A stretch of DNA of 64,000 nucleotides. Origin: Lama guanicoe (Eukaryota). The notes beneath the pieces are model-generated. The model worked only from the letters and a program-made list of their open reading frames with translations. It had not been told where the DNA came from and searched no databases. This document shows, piece after piece, positions 1-11,720 of this stretch (the stretch's first letter is position 1; each line of letters begins with the position of its first letter). The stretch lies in assembly GCA_013239625.1 (NCBI GenBank), contig MU054187.1, forward strand, positions 10,313,231-10,377,230, written 5' to 3'. Made by a program: the position numbers and the translations under genes.

Positions 1-202
1 GGTTTTATTCAGTTTTTCTTTAATTCTAAGAGAAGATTGATTTTACTATATACTGGCTAGTGGAAGGCTACTTTAGTTTTCTATATTAAATTAACTTCTG
101 TATATATTTCTGACTCATAGCTGCCTTCAGTTGCTTTTGTGTATTTACTTTCTGCTCCTCTCAGCACAGGGACTAAGCTGAAGTTCAGGTGCTCTGATTT
201 TT

Positions 203-265
203 CATTTTTTTTACATTTTTTTATTGAGTTACAGTCATTTTACAATGTTGTGTCAAATTCCAGTA
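203..265 (-). mobile_element. Extremely 5'-truncated young L1 3' end (about 63 bp) with perfect TSD
   Basis: L1 tail (ttattgagttacagtcattttacaatgttgtgtcaaattccagt) plus poly-T, flanked by an identical 18-bp tcaggtgctctgattttt at 185-202 and 266-283. Confidence 0.88.
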
Positions 266-814
266 TCAGGTGCTCTGATTTTTACACGCTAGCCACACAT
301 CAATTTAATCTTGATGGTTTTACACAAGTTCCAAATTCAAATAATTGTAATTTCAAAATTTTAAAAATCTCAAGTCTAAAATTTTTATTTAGGAATGGAG
401 TTCTTTAGAAGGTTGTCATTTAAATATTCAAAATATCCTTAAGCTTGAATTCTGACCACAAATACATCTGCTTATTATACGCAAATAAGATACATCATGG
501 CAGGTCCTGGGGCGTGCAGGTTGACCATGACCTCTTCACTCTAAAGATATACAGAATTATACCACGGATGGAAGGTGGAATATCGGGCATATGCAAAAAC
601 AGAAGGGAAAGTGAGAGCAGAATTTTGATAGTGAGACAAAAAAAGAAGCAGGTGTCTTCAGGTAGTGACAACTCCCAAAAGATCTTGAGAGTATCTTTTC
701 TTAGTCTAAACCAGAGTCTTAACCCCAAATGTGGCATCAATCCCAGTTAATGGTTTTGTTTTTTCAGTATTACAATATCCTTTACTTATGTAGCAGAAAT
801 AGAGTGTATGGAAA

Positions 815-2214
815 TTTTTTCATTTTGTTTTTTAAATTGAGGTATAGCTGATTTACAATATTAGTTTCAGGTGTACAACATAGTGATTCAATATTTTTAT
901 AGATTATACTCCATTTAAAGTTATCATAAAATATTGGCTATATTCCCTGTGCTGTACCATATGTCCTTGTAGCTTAATTTTATACATGGTAGTTTGTATC
1001 GCTTAATTTCCTACCCCATGTTGCCCCTCCTCCTTCCTATTCCTATTGGTAACCATTAGTTTGTTCCCTACATCTGTGAGTCTTTCTTTCTTGATTTATT
1101 TACTACTTTTACTCTTTAGATTCCACTGATAAGTGATAACATACTGTATTTGTCTTTCTCTGACTTATTTTACTAAGCATAATACCCTCCCGGTCCATCC
1201 CTGTCATTGCAAATGGCAAAATTTTATTCTTTTCTATGGCTGAGTAGTATTCCATTCTCTGTATATATTGATATACCACTTCTTTTTCCATTCATCTGTT
1301 GAAGGACACTTAGGCTGCTTCCATTATCTTGGCTGTTATGAACAATGAAAGCTCTTATGAACGTTGGGGTGCATGTGTCTTTTTGAATTAGTGCTTTCAT
1401 TTCCTTTGGATATATATACAGGGGTGGAATTGCTGGATTATTTGGTAGTTCTATTTTTAGTTTTTTGAGGAGCCTTCCCACTGCTTTCCACAGAGGCTGC
1501 ACCAATTTACATTCCCACCAACAGTGTACTAGGGTTCCCTTTTCTCTACATCGTTGCCAACATTTGTTATTCGTGTTTTGATGATAGTCATTCTGACAAG
1601 TTTGAGGTGATATTGCAGTTTTGATTTGCATTTCTGATAATTAATGATGCCGAGCATCTTTTATGTGCCTGTTAACCATCTGTATGTCTTCTTTGGAAAA
1701 AGATCTATTCAGGTCTTCTGCCCACTTTTTAATTTTTTTTTTTATATATTGGGTTGTATGAGCTGTTTATATATTTTGGACATAAACCCCTTGTCAGTCA
1801 TATCATTTGCAAATATCTTCTCCCATTCAGTAGGTTATTTTTTCATTTTGTCAATGGTTTCTTTTGCTGTGCAAAATCTTTTACATTTAATTCGGTCCCA
1901 TTTGTTAATTTTTGCTTTTTTTCTTTGCCTTAGGAGATGGATCCAAAAAAATTGCCACAATTTATGCCAAAGAGTATTCTACTTATGTTTTCTTCCAGGA
2001 GTTTTATGATTTCTGGTCTTAAATTTAAGTCTTTAATCCATTTTGAATTTATTTTTGTATATGGTATGAGAAAATATTCTAATTTTATTTTTTTACATAT
2101 AACTGTCCAGCTTCCCCAGCACCAGTTATTGAAGAGACTGACTTTTCTCCATTGTATATTTTTGCCTCTTTTGTTGTAGAATAATTGATCAAAAGTGTGT
2201 GGGTTTACTTCTGG
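815..2214 (-). mobile_element. L1 (L1MA-like) ORF2 C-terminus and 3'UTR
   Basis: The ORF track shows degenerate ORF2 C-terminal peptides ([37 protein letters not shown]). An L1 3'UTR and poly-T tail lie at the left end. Confidence 0.93.
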
Positions 2215-3244
2215 TGCGTTGGTGTGCTCCTCTTTGGGTTAATCCTGCTGGGACTCTGCACTTCCTGGATTTGGGTGACTGTTTCCTTTATCAGGTTTGG
2301 GAAGTTTTCAGCTATTATATCTTCAGCCCATTTCTCTCTCTCTCTTCTCCTTCTGGGACCTCTATAATGCCATATTAGTATACTTGTTTTCTTTCCTTTC
2401 CTTCCCTTCCTTTCCCTTCCCTTCCCTTCCCTTCCTTCCTTTCTCTGTTCAGCATCAGTGATTTCCACTACTCAGTCTTCTAGCTCCCTGATCAATGTGT
2501 CATTTAGTCTACTTTTGATTCCTTCTAGTGTATTTTCATTTCAGTTACTGTAGGCTTCTTCTATGCTTGTTCTTTATGCTTTCTAACTCTTTGTTAGTTT
2601 AACTAATAAGCTAGAGGGAGGATTCCAAAATGGCGCTGGCCAGCGCTGGTGTCCACATGGTAGACACCATGAAAAGGCTGCAAGCAGTGTCTATGTCCCC
2701 AGGGTGTGCTCCAGTTGCCTCCTTCCTTTATGGGAGACTCTCCAAGATCAGCAGGTGGGTCTGACCCCAGATCCTTTCAAATTATTGCTTCTTCCTTGGG
2801 TCCATGTGAGATTGTGAGTGCATCCTTTAAGAATGGAGCCTCTATTTCCCACAGCCTCCGGGGTCTCACAAAAGTAAGTCCTGCTGTCCTTCAAAGCCAA
2901 ATGTTCTGGGGGCTTGTCTTCCTAGTGCAGGGCCCCTGGGCTGGGGAGCCTGATGTGGGGCTCAGACCCCTTGCTTCTTGGGGAGAGGCTCTGCGATTGT
3001 AATTTTTCTCCCGTTTGTGGGTCGCCCACCCAAGGGGATGGGTCCTGACTGTGCCACAACTCTGCCCCTCCTACCCAGCTCGTGATTCCTTCTTTATATC
3101 TTTGATTGTGGAAGATCTTTTCTGGTAGGTTCCTATCTTTTTTTTTTTTTATCGATAGTTGTTTTTACATAGTTGTAATTGTGGCATGCCCATTTGAGGA
3201 GGTGATTTCAGGGTCTTTCTACTCTGACATCTTGGGAAGTCTCC
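2215..3244 (-). mobile_element. L1 5'UTR and ORF1 fragments
   Basis: ORF1-like peptide IIAENFPNLIKETVTQIQEVQ...RINPKRSTP in the 2205..2468 ORF. There is an L1 5'-end-like sequence GGAGACTTCCCAAGATGTCAGAGTAGAAAGAC at about 3244 (minus). Confidence 0.8.
2391..2445. repeat. (CTTCC)n-like polypyrimidine tract
   Basis: Seen directly: ctttcctttccttcccttcc... Confidence 0.9.
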
Positions 3245-3749
3245 TGAGGTTAACATTTAAAGCTTGGGTTTAACGGCCTTCCTAAGCTCTCTCAGGTGTT
3301 TTATTGGCAAAAACAGCAGCTCATAGACTGGGCTTACTGGCAACGCTTTGTAGAGACAGAGCAGTCATAATATTCAATTAGAGACACATCTGTTGAATAT
3401 TTAATATGCACCTAGCCCTGTTGGGATCCTGTTTCTGCTCTCAATGAGTTTATAGTATCATTTGGGAATTTAAAAATACATACATTTTTAGTCCAGACTA
3501 AACCAAGCAACTGAAAGAACTGAGGATCTATTGTAGGCTTACAGTATCAGAAGGGCAGCCCTGGATTAGAGCCCCTGTAAGTCTCCAAAAAGGACACTAA
3601 TGTTTGGTACCTCAAAGGAGAAGGTATGAGACTTCAGCTGTCTCAGGACCGAGCTGAGGACTGTTTTCTCAGTTTCACAAAAGCAGCGGTCTTGAGTAAA
3701 CTGGCTGAGTCCTCTTGGTGTTGCTTGTCTGCAAGGCCAACCACTGTAG

Positions 3750-3874
3750 CAGTGGTTTTACCTGGGGCTTGTTAAAATGCAGAACCTCAGGCCCTGGCCC
3801 CGCCCCAATGAATCAGAATCTAGTTTTGCAAAACCCCCAGGTGCTTTCTATGCATTTTAAGTTGGAGAAGCTTG
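3750..3874. mobile_element. MER5A-like hAT-Charlie DNA transposon
   Basis: cagtggttt...cctggggcttgttaaaatgcaga...gaatcagaatct...cccaggtg...agttggagaagc. Confidence 0.75.
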
Positions 3875-5395
3875 GCTGTATGTTTTTTTCCTATGATTTA
3901 TCTACCTAGATGATTTCCTCCTTTAAAAAAAAGTCGACCCTGCTTCTGATTTTATTGTCAGTGAAAACTAGCCGCTCTCTGCAATATTTAAAGTGAATAA
4001 AAGGAAGATATTAGTGGCAGCTTTTAATAGATTTCCCACCTCCTTTTTCCAGAGTATTCCAACCACAAGCCCATACCAGCTGTGTTTACCTCTGTGATTA
4101 GACAGTATAATAAATGCACCTAGTGATAAATCAAGTTGATTTAATTAAATGCCTGATTACATAAACATGTGAAAACAGTTCATTGTTTCACCAAAACAAT
4201 GAAAAATGTCCTATGTCGCTTGAAACTGCAAACGCCTTTATTGGCATGGTCAAATAGATGTCATCTAACAGTGATTCTAATTCCTTGATCTGTTTGTAAA
4301 AAAGTTATTGATTTCCAAATTTGTTCTTTAAAATAATGAAATCTCCTTTCAAGAGAAACAACATTCTTCCCTAATTCAAAATGTTTGGTTTGGTTATCAG
4401 ACCTATGGACTCTTCAAACTTTCTGGGGCGTCTGCAAAGAAACTGGATATTAAAGAAGAGAGAAAGAAATGATCAGTCACCAGGGAACTGTATGCATTTT
4501 GAGTTAGTGACACTGGATCTTGGCAGCAGATTGAGGGAAAAGTGGAAAAATTGACTCTACGAATTTTTAGGGCAAGCCTCTCTCTTATTCCTGACTGCAT
4601 TCTCAGCCGGTCATCTATATGACCTGAAAACCAGCAACTGCTCCAAGAATACAGGCTGAAAAAGTGAGTGAATGGTACATAGTCAGCAGCAGAGCAAAGA
4701 CCAAAAGCAAACAAAAAAAACACCCTCCACGAATGGTAGGGATTTAGGCACAAAGGACTAAGTGGATTTGTCCCCGTGAAGTGGGACACTGCAGCCCTCG
4801 TTGAAAAGGGAAAAAACCAAAACCAACAGGGATCTCAGAACACAAAAAAGAAATACCCTCTATTTCCCCCAGTTCCTCTCCTTGTCCTCTTCCTTCTGGA
4901 AAGTCTTTGGTCTTTGAAGGAAGAAACTAGGAAAAATAGCCCGTCTGCAGCAGAAGGAACAGCAGGGACTTTGGAGCCAAGCAAATCCGAGTTTGGATGT
5001 AATTGCCTCAAGTGTGTTTTCAATCCAAATTGCATGGATGAGGGAAAAGAGAGCAGCTGTGGGGAGGGGGTGCCGGAAAGAAGTGCTGTGGAATACACAG
5101 TGAAAATTCCCAACCGGGGCATCGTTTGCTTCCTTTAATATTGCCGGAAGTATCTTTTTTCCTCTTTAATTCTTATTCTTTTATCCCTAAACACAAACGC
5201 ATAAATCACATGCTCTTTGTAAAAGAGTAAAACGTTTCAGAAGAATCTTGAAAGTGAAAATTCCCCAGCATCCCACTCCTAAGGGCTAACCATTGTTAGC
5301 CATATGCTGTGTTGTCTCCTAAGAAAAGTCTTGCTGCTTTATAATTTTAAAATTTAATTATGTGTATTTTATGTAAACAAAATATCAATAGTCAT

Positions 5396-5765
5396 TGTGA
5401 TAGGCTGAATAACGGCCCCTCAAAAGATACTCACATCCCAATTCCTGGAACCTGCATATTACCTTATATTGCAAAAAAGGACATTGCATTGCAGATGTGA
5501 TTAAATTAAGGGCTTTGAGATGTGAGGTTACCCTGGATTATCTGAGTGGGCCCTCCATGCAAAGCACAAGTATCTTTATAACAAGGAGGCAGGTGATCTG
5601 ACACATCTAGAAGAGGGGAGAAGGCATTGTGACCACAGAGGAATGGTTTGGAGTAAGGAGGTCACAAAGCAGCATCACCAGGAGCGGGAGGAAGGAGGCG
5701 ATGGATTCTCCCCCACGGCCCCCAGAGGGAATGCGGCCCCCTTGGCACCTTCATTTCAACCTCAC
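5396..5765 (+). mobile_element. MLT1 (MaLR) LTR fragment
   Basis: tgtgataggctgaataacggcccctcaaaagat...gcagatgtgattaaattaagg...ccctggattatc, typical of MLT1C/D. Confidence 0.85.
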
Positions 5766-5844
5766 TGGCATCCTCTTAGGAGAAGCAGGCTTTGGGGAGG
5801 TAAACGCTTTGGGGACTGAATCTATATATAATACAAAGAGATGG

Positions 5845-5870
5845 GTGTGTGTGTGTGTGTGTGTGTGTGT
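5845..5870. repeat. (GT)n microsatellite
   Basis: Seen directly. Confidence 0.95.
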
Positions 5871-6899
5871 TTAATATTTATTATGTTCTTTTACTTTCCA
5901 GAAGAGTTAGACTTGCACTCTCCCAACCCAGCCTACTTTGGTTCCATCTCTCGGTCCACCATTTTCTAGAACATTTAACCTCTTCCTAAAGCTACCCAGT
6001 TCCCCACAGCAAAATATGTCATGTCATAATCAATCCTGGTTGGCACAACTAAGAAAATAAGTATCTATCCAGGAACTCGTACAAGGGTTTTAAGAATTAC
6101 ACTTTAATTTTTAAAGTTAGTTTGGGCTAAAGAAAACACAGGCAGGTAAAATCATAGCTTATTCTTTTGGATAAAGGTCAGGAACATGGAATTTGCAAAG
6201 TCTTAGGGAAACGCCTCGGGTCTATGTGCAGCGCTCCCTCACCTAGAGGGGGGCTGTGGGTTACATGGGGTCTGTGGTGAGGGGTATTATCCATGTCAAT
6301 TTCCCTAAAGGAATTTTATCAAGCTGGGACGTCAGGAAACCTCCTCTGGCAATCGTCTCTCCTCCACATCTTGATCTGGGCTGACCCCTTTCCCCAGGTA
6401 CAGAGCTCCCAGTTTTAGGAGATGTTGATTATTTGAACAGAGACAAGTGAGGGTTACATTCACTTCACAGAGCTATTCTCTTGTTTGAATCTTTGCTAAA
6501 TAGGAGCGAAAAAGAAGTCCCCCTGCCGATATCTTCTTTTGGCTTTTTGTTGTTTCCCTGTTTGGGGCAGGTTGAATTGAGAATCTTGACCAAGACAATG
6601 GGCCAGGCTCTAAATCTAATCAAAATACATCTTTTCTGAGCATTTTCTATTTATGAAGCAGTACCAGAGGTACAGGAAGAAGTTGAAGACATGCCTAGAG
6701 CTGACCAAAAAAAAGCCAGAGGAGAGAGATGTCTCTGTGGGCTTGTTTATTGGTCACGACAGGGGTGGAACTCAGACACAGAGGTTGAAGGGCAGGAACA
6801 TGTCAGATAGGAGGACAAAGTGAAGGCCAGCATCCCGGGTGACGGAGTGAGCAGACTGCAAGCATGTGATGGTCAGTCCACTCTGACCAGAACCAGGAT

Positions 6900-7650
6900 T
6901 TGTTTTGAAGTGAAAAAGAGAAGTTAAAATGGGAAAAGGAAAGGGCTATAGAGGGCCAAGTTGCAGAGGGCCCTGGATGCCAGACAAATGAGTTTGGACA
7001 CGATTCCCGGGCTGTCACGGCCTGCTGAAGTGTTCTGGATCAGCAGAGGGACGTACGAGAAAGGCATTTTAGGAAGACTAATTTGGTACTGATGTGCAGA
7101 CGGATTTGAGCGGGCAAAACTGGCAGCAGAGAGGCAAATGATGAGGTTGTTATGGTCACACAGGTACGACAGGATGAGGTGGCACAAGAGTAATGAAACT
7201 ACCGAGGGAGGAGATGGAGAAAGAAAAACAGAGGTTTTGACTCTGGGTGGCTGGAGTTCTCTCAATTGAAGGAGTACCAGGAAAAGAGGCAGGGAAGAAT
7301 TGTGTGTAGAATAAAAGGATGAACTATGGCAGAGAAGCTGGCATCCACTTGGGGATGTCCAGCAGCCAACTGGACATATGGGACTGAATTGTGGGTAAAC
7401 AGCCAGGGCTGGAGCTAGAGGCTGGAGACTCCTCAGAACACTGGCATGAGCTAAAGCCATGGAATCAGCCAACAATCTTTGAGACAGAGAACACAGAGCT
7501 CACAGAGACAGAGACAGCCCTGAGTGATTCCCTAAGCATCAGGTTGGGGGGGGGCTTGGAGAGGGACCCAGTGATGGAGACAACGAAGTGGTCAGAGAGA
7601 GACAAGCAGCCCATTTGGACAATGCCACAGACATCTAGGAAATAGAACTT
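6900..7650 (-). mobile_element. L2 LINE fragments
   Basis: Degenerate purine-rich L2 antisense motifs (ggatgtccagcagccaactggacatatggg; gggctggagctagag). Confidence 0.6.
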
Positions 7651-8864
7651 ACAGAAAGGCGTGGCCGTGGTAATTTTATAAATACATCTCTGTATTGTGT
7701 ACTTTGAACTTCAGAAACGGCTCCCTTCAGTGTTTGAATTAGGGACTTCGTGCTCAGTAACAACTCCTCTCTGGATTTTCTTCGTCACGTTAGTCATTTC
7801 CTGGCTGGCTTCATTCTCTCATGGGGTGAGTGTGCTTTGTGAAGCTAATTTAACCTCAGAGGTCAGCTTTGGTTGATCTTCCCTTTCCAACTGTACAATT
7901 AGAAGGTAGCCGGTGATACTGTCCCCAAATATTTGCTAAGCAACCTACTGCGTGAAAGACCCCACATTAGGGGCTGAACACACATCTTACTCACTTATGT
8001 TCTCTATTTTAATAAGAAAGGTAAGCATTACAAATGTTTAAGTAAATCAAATGCAGGTTTGAGAAAAAGCCTTAAATCTAACATATGGAGTTAATGGTGC
8101 CAAGCTGATTGTTTTTATAAGCACAAGAGCTTTTTAAAGCCGAGCACTCCGGCTCCGCCCATCAGGTTGCACGGTCCCCTTGGACGCTGTTATATGACAT
8201 CTGGTCCTTTACTGCCTTAGAGGCTAAGCTGACATACCACGCATGCCATTTGCTTTGTCTCAGTGTTTCTAAAAGGTTCTCTTTCCGCTTGGTCTTTCTC
8301 TTTTAGTGGTAATATTCTTCAAGGTTTTCAGATAATGAAAGTCTAATGTTAACAGATTTTCCATCAACTTTTAAACAAGTCACACATCCATTACTCAAGA
8401 TGGAAGTAAGGGAATTTACAGCTAAGACCTGTACACTAGCTTTACCCTTGGGATTTAGGGATTTAGAAGGACAGTGTCACTCACATGACAGAGTTTTGGA
8501 CACAGAGCATATGCACTGTGGCCGAAGACCAGGACAGGACCACCCTCAGGACACTGACTGAGAGTGTCAGGTGCAGGTAAAGGGTGGAGGCTCGGGTGAC
8601 ACTTTTTATGGCAAAGATGGTATGTTACTTTAGCAAAAACTCGGCATCAAGGATCAACGGCTTCTGGTGTGTGAAAAAAAATGAAAAATTTCAAACATGT
8701 TTGAATTTCACACGTTTTGCTAGCTGTGCAGGAGGACTTAGCACTAAAATATACTTTTAAAGTTGGGGTTTTACAACCTACATTATCTTTCGCAGGCGGC
8801 TTGGCCTTCTGAGTGACTAAGCTTCATCCGTCGTTCACAAGCACTCGTCTACAGATGAGATGCT

Positions 8865-9012
8865 TCAGAACCACTTGGTAATCATTCAAAAAGGAGATTC
8901 ATGGGCCTGATTTCTGAATACTCTGATCCAGTACATGTGGGGGACATCCAGCATGTTTGTATTTACATTTCTTAACTCTGCAGGTGATTCTGATAAGCAG
9001 TCAGCTTTGAGG
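8865..9012. mobile_element. MER5-like DNA transposon remnant
   Basis: cagaaccacttgg...tctgatccagta...caggtgattctgat...ctttga. Confidence 0.55.
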
Positions 9013-9599
9013 TCAGCTCAGTTCTCTCTCGCTGTTTCAGGGCGAGCATACATGCTGCACTGGCTAAATATGGGCATTGAGGCACTGAAACTTTGCCCGA
9101 GGAGAAAATGATGGTCCTTCTCTAGCGGCTTGAAACAGATACTAATTTATGAGCTTGTATATCTTGGTCTTTAACTACAGCGAGTGTAAAAACTATAGGG
9201 GAAACATTATCGCCTTGCCCCACGTGGCCCTTATTTCAGGGGCATTTGGAGCATTTGATATTTTCTTATTTCCTCAACACATTTTGGAAGAAGAAAGAAC
9301 AGAAAGCCAGTGACACGCCCAGGACCTGTAAGTCAAAACAGAACCCAGATTTTCTCTCCCCCAGTCTAGTTCTTAGGAAATATCTAATTACATGATAAAA
9401 TTAAATCGCTCATGTTGCCCTATCAGCTCATTTTAATATGAAAAGGGAGAACATAATAGTTACTTTCGCAAAATACCATGGCCACCATCTCCTCCCCACC
9501 CCCTAAAAAGCAGAAAAGAATCAACACAAGTGACATTCCAAGAAAGCATCTCTACAATGTGGAAACTAACACATTTCAAAAATAAGCTTATACACATTA

Positions 9600-10510
9600 C
9601 TCTGCAACTTTCTGTTTTCATTTAACACCACGCACACTTCTCTGTCCATAGTGCATTCTTTGTAAGAGCTTCGTAATATTTCGAAGTCTAGCCAGATACA
9701 TCATGATTTTTCCAATAATTTCCTCCCTGGTGGGCTTTGTTTTCAGGAATTACTATATACAGCGCTGCGATAAACTCTGTAACACGCATGCTAATACTTT
9801 TATTTTGACAATTTCTTTCCAACGAATGGTATTGCATTGTACAAGGGTACAAGGATCTTAACTCCTACTAGATTTGGGTGGATCATTTTCCAAGGAACGT
9901 GTAGCAACTTCACATTTCCACCTACGCAGTATGAAAGTTCCTCATTTCTTCCATACCTTCACCAGTACTGAGTGTTTCCAATCTTTTAAAGTTTTGCTAA
10001 TCTGACATATGCGAAATGGCATTTTATTCCTTCAATTTGCATTTCCCTGTGAGTGAAATGCTTCTTTTCATATATGTTGGCTCTTTGCATGTCCTGTTCT
10101 GTAAGTGGCCCTCTAAAATAAAATAAAGTTGTACTCTCCTTCACACCACGTAAAAAAATTCCATGTAGAGTAAAGGCCTAAAGAAGAAAACTGCAAAATC
10201 AGAAGGAGAAAAAAAAATCCTAGAACATTTGTATGACCTTGAGTGGAAGAGACGTTTGATATTTTAAATAAATCTAAATGCCACAGAGGAGGAAAAATTC
10301 AGGGTAGATTTGAATTTACAGGTATTAAAGTTGTGTATATTGTCTTTTGCCTTACAGAAAGTCAAAAGACAAATGATAATTGGTTAAAAAAAAAGTATGT
10401 GTTATTTACATGATACAAAGGATTAATAGCCCTAATATATGAGTCTCTCAAAAATTAATACAAAAAAGGCAAAAGGAAAAAGAAGCAAAAGAAAAATGAG
10501 CAAAGGGTAC
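9600..10510. mobile_element. Old L1 (L1ME-like) fragments in both orientations
   Basis: Degenerate L1 motifs (cacatttccacc...cagtatgaaagttcc; aagtcaaaagacaaatgataattgg). Confidence 0.5.
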
Positions 10511-11379
10511 ATAATACTGGTATCTTTTCACTCTCACACACTGCTTCTGAAGATCCCTGTGTTTAAAATGTAGACAAAGTGTGCGTTCCTATCTGAGTAT
10601 CGAATAGAAGGCGTATCTCCTCCTACACGACCTTCGCACATTCACATTCATTCTCTGCCTGCAGAGCCTCTTGGCATTTGGGTCTGGTTCCCACGTGGCA
10701 TGTTGCCTTTGGGAAACCTCACATACCTACTAATCACATCTGAGTTTTCCTTTTGACATTTCCCTCCAACCTCCCATTTCATCTCTGCAGCCAACTCACA
10801 GCAGCTCAACTGCCTCTTGAAGCCAAGAGCTAATATTCAGAAACTCTGTTTGAAATATTAGCAAAGCAAAGTGCCCCACTGAGAACCATTCCATGATTTC
10901 AGGTATGCCCTACAGTGGGGGCGGGGGGAACACATCCAGTTCTAGAGTTTAGAAACTGAGTTTAGGAGAGGCACCTGCATTGCTTTTATATATATTAGCA
11001 TTTAAAGCTCTTAACTTGTACACCACACGTGCGATGGGCAGCAGCTGAGACAGTCCCTGAGCAAGGGCTTTGCAAAGTCCCAGGTACTACACACAAATGA
11101 CAGCAAGCTCTTGGGCCAGATTTTCTTTAAAAAAATGACACAATTAAAAATAGTCAGTGAGCAGTGGGAACATCATGTACCCTTCTCTCCTTTCTCCCTA
11201 GATGGGGTGAGCATGCTTGCTCTCATCTATCGTAATAACCATTCCCAGTAAACTCTTTCAGCCTGCCTTACATAACATCCTCCAGAAGCCCTCTCCTATC
11301 TTAGACTCCTCCCCCAATTTTAAGCTGTCAGTTCCTTCTGAACTGGCAGCACACTGTACTGCTTCTCCTTTGTAACTTT

Positions 11380-11720
11380 CATCATGGTTGTGGTCAACAC
11401 TTGTCACCTTGCCTGGAGTTTAAACTCAGTGAAAGCAAACACCACATCTATTTTGTGTGGGATGCTTAGCGCAGTAGTAGGTTACATGGCAGATGATCAA
11501 TAAATTCTTGTGGAATAAGTGAAAATCACAGTATCTTGTTTATATTCCATCTGTGGTAAGAATCTGTAATTATTATTGTTTGTCCACTTGCGCACTGCCC
11601 ATCTCCCTCATGAAAATACGAGCCTCACAAGAACAGGGGATTTGCCTGCTTTATTCCTAGTCCTCTGTGTTCTAGTATCTGAAACAACTTGGGACATACA
11701 GGTGCTCAATGAAAACTTTA
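11380..11720 (+). mobile_element. L2 3'-end remnants (two)
   Basis: gatcaataaattcttgtggaataagtgaa; gggacatacaggtgctcaatgaaa. Confidence 0.55.

Noticed and set aside
1109..2468. ORFs with protein-like L1 peptides (also 45087-45545 and 48389-48819)
   Set aside because: These are frameshifted retrotransposon remnants, not host genes.
6924..7475. Longest ORF in the track (183 aa)
   Set aside because: It lies in L2-derived sequence, is low-complexity Ser/Leu-rich and has no recognisable domain or splice support.
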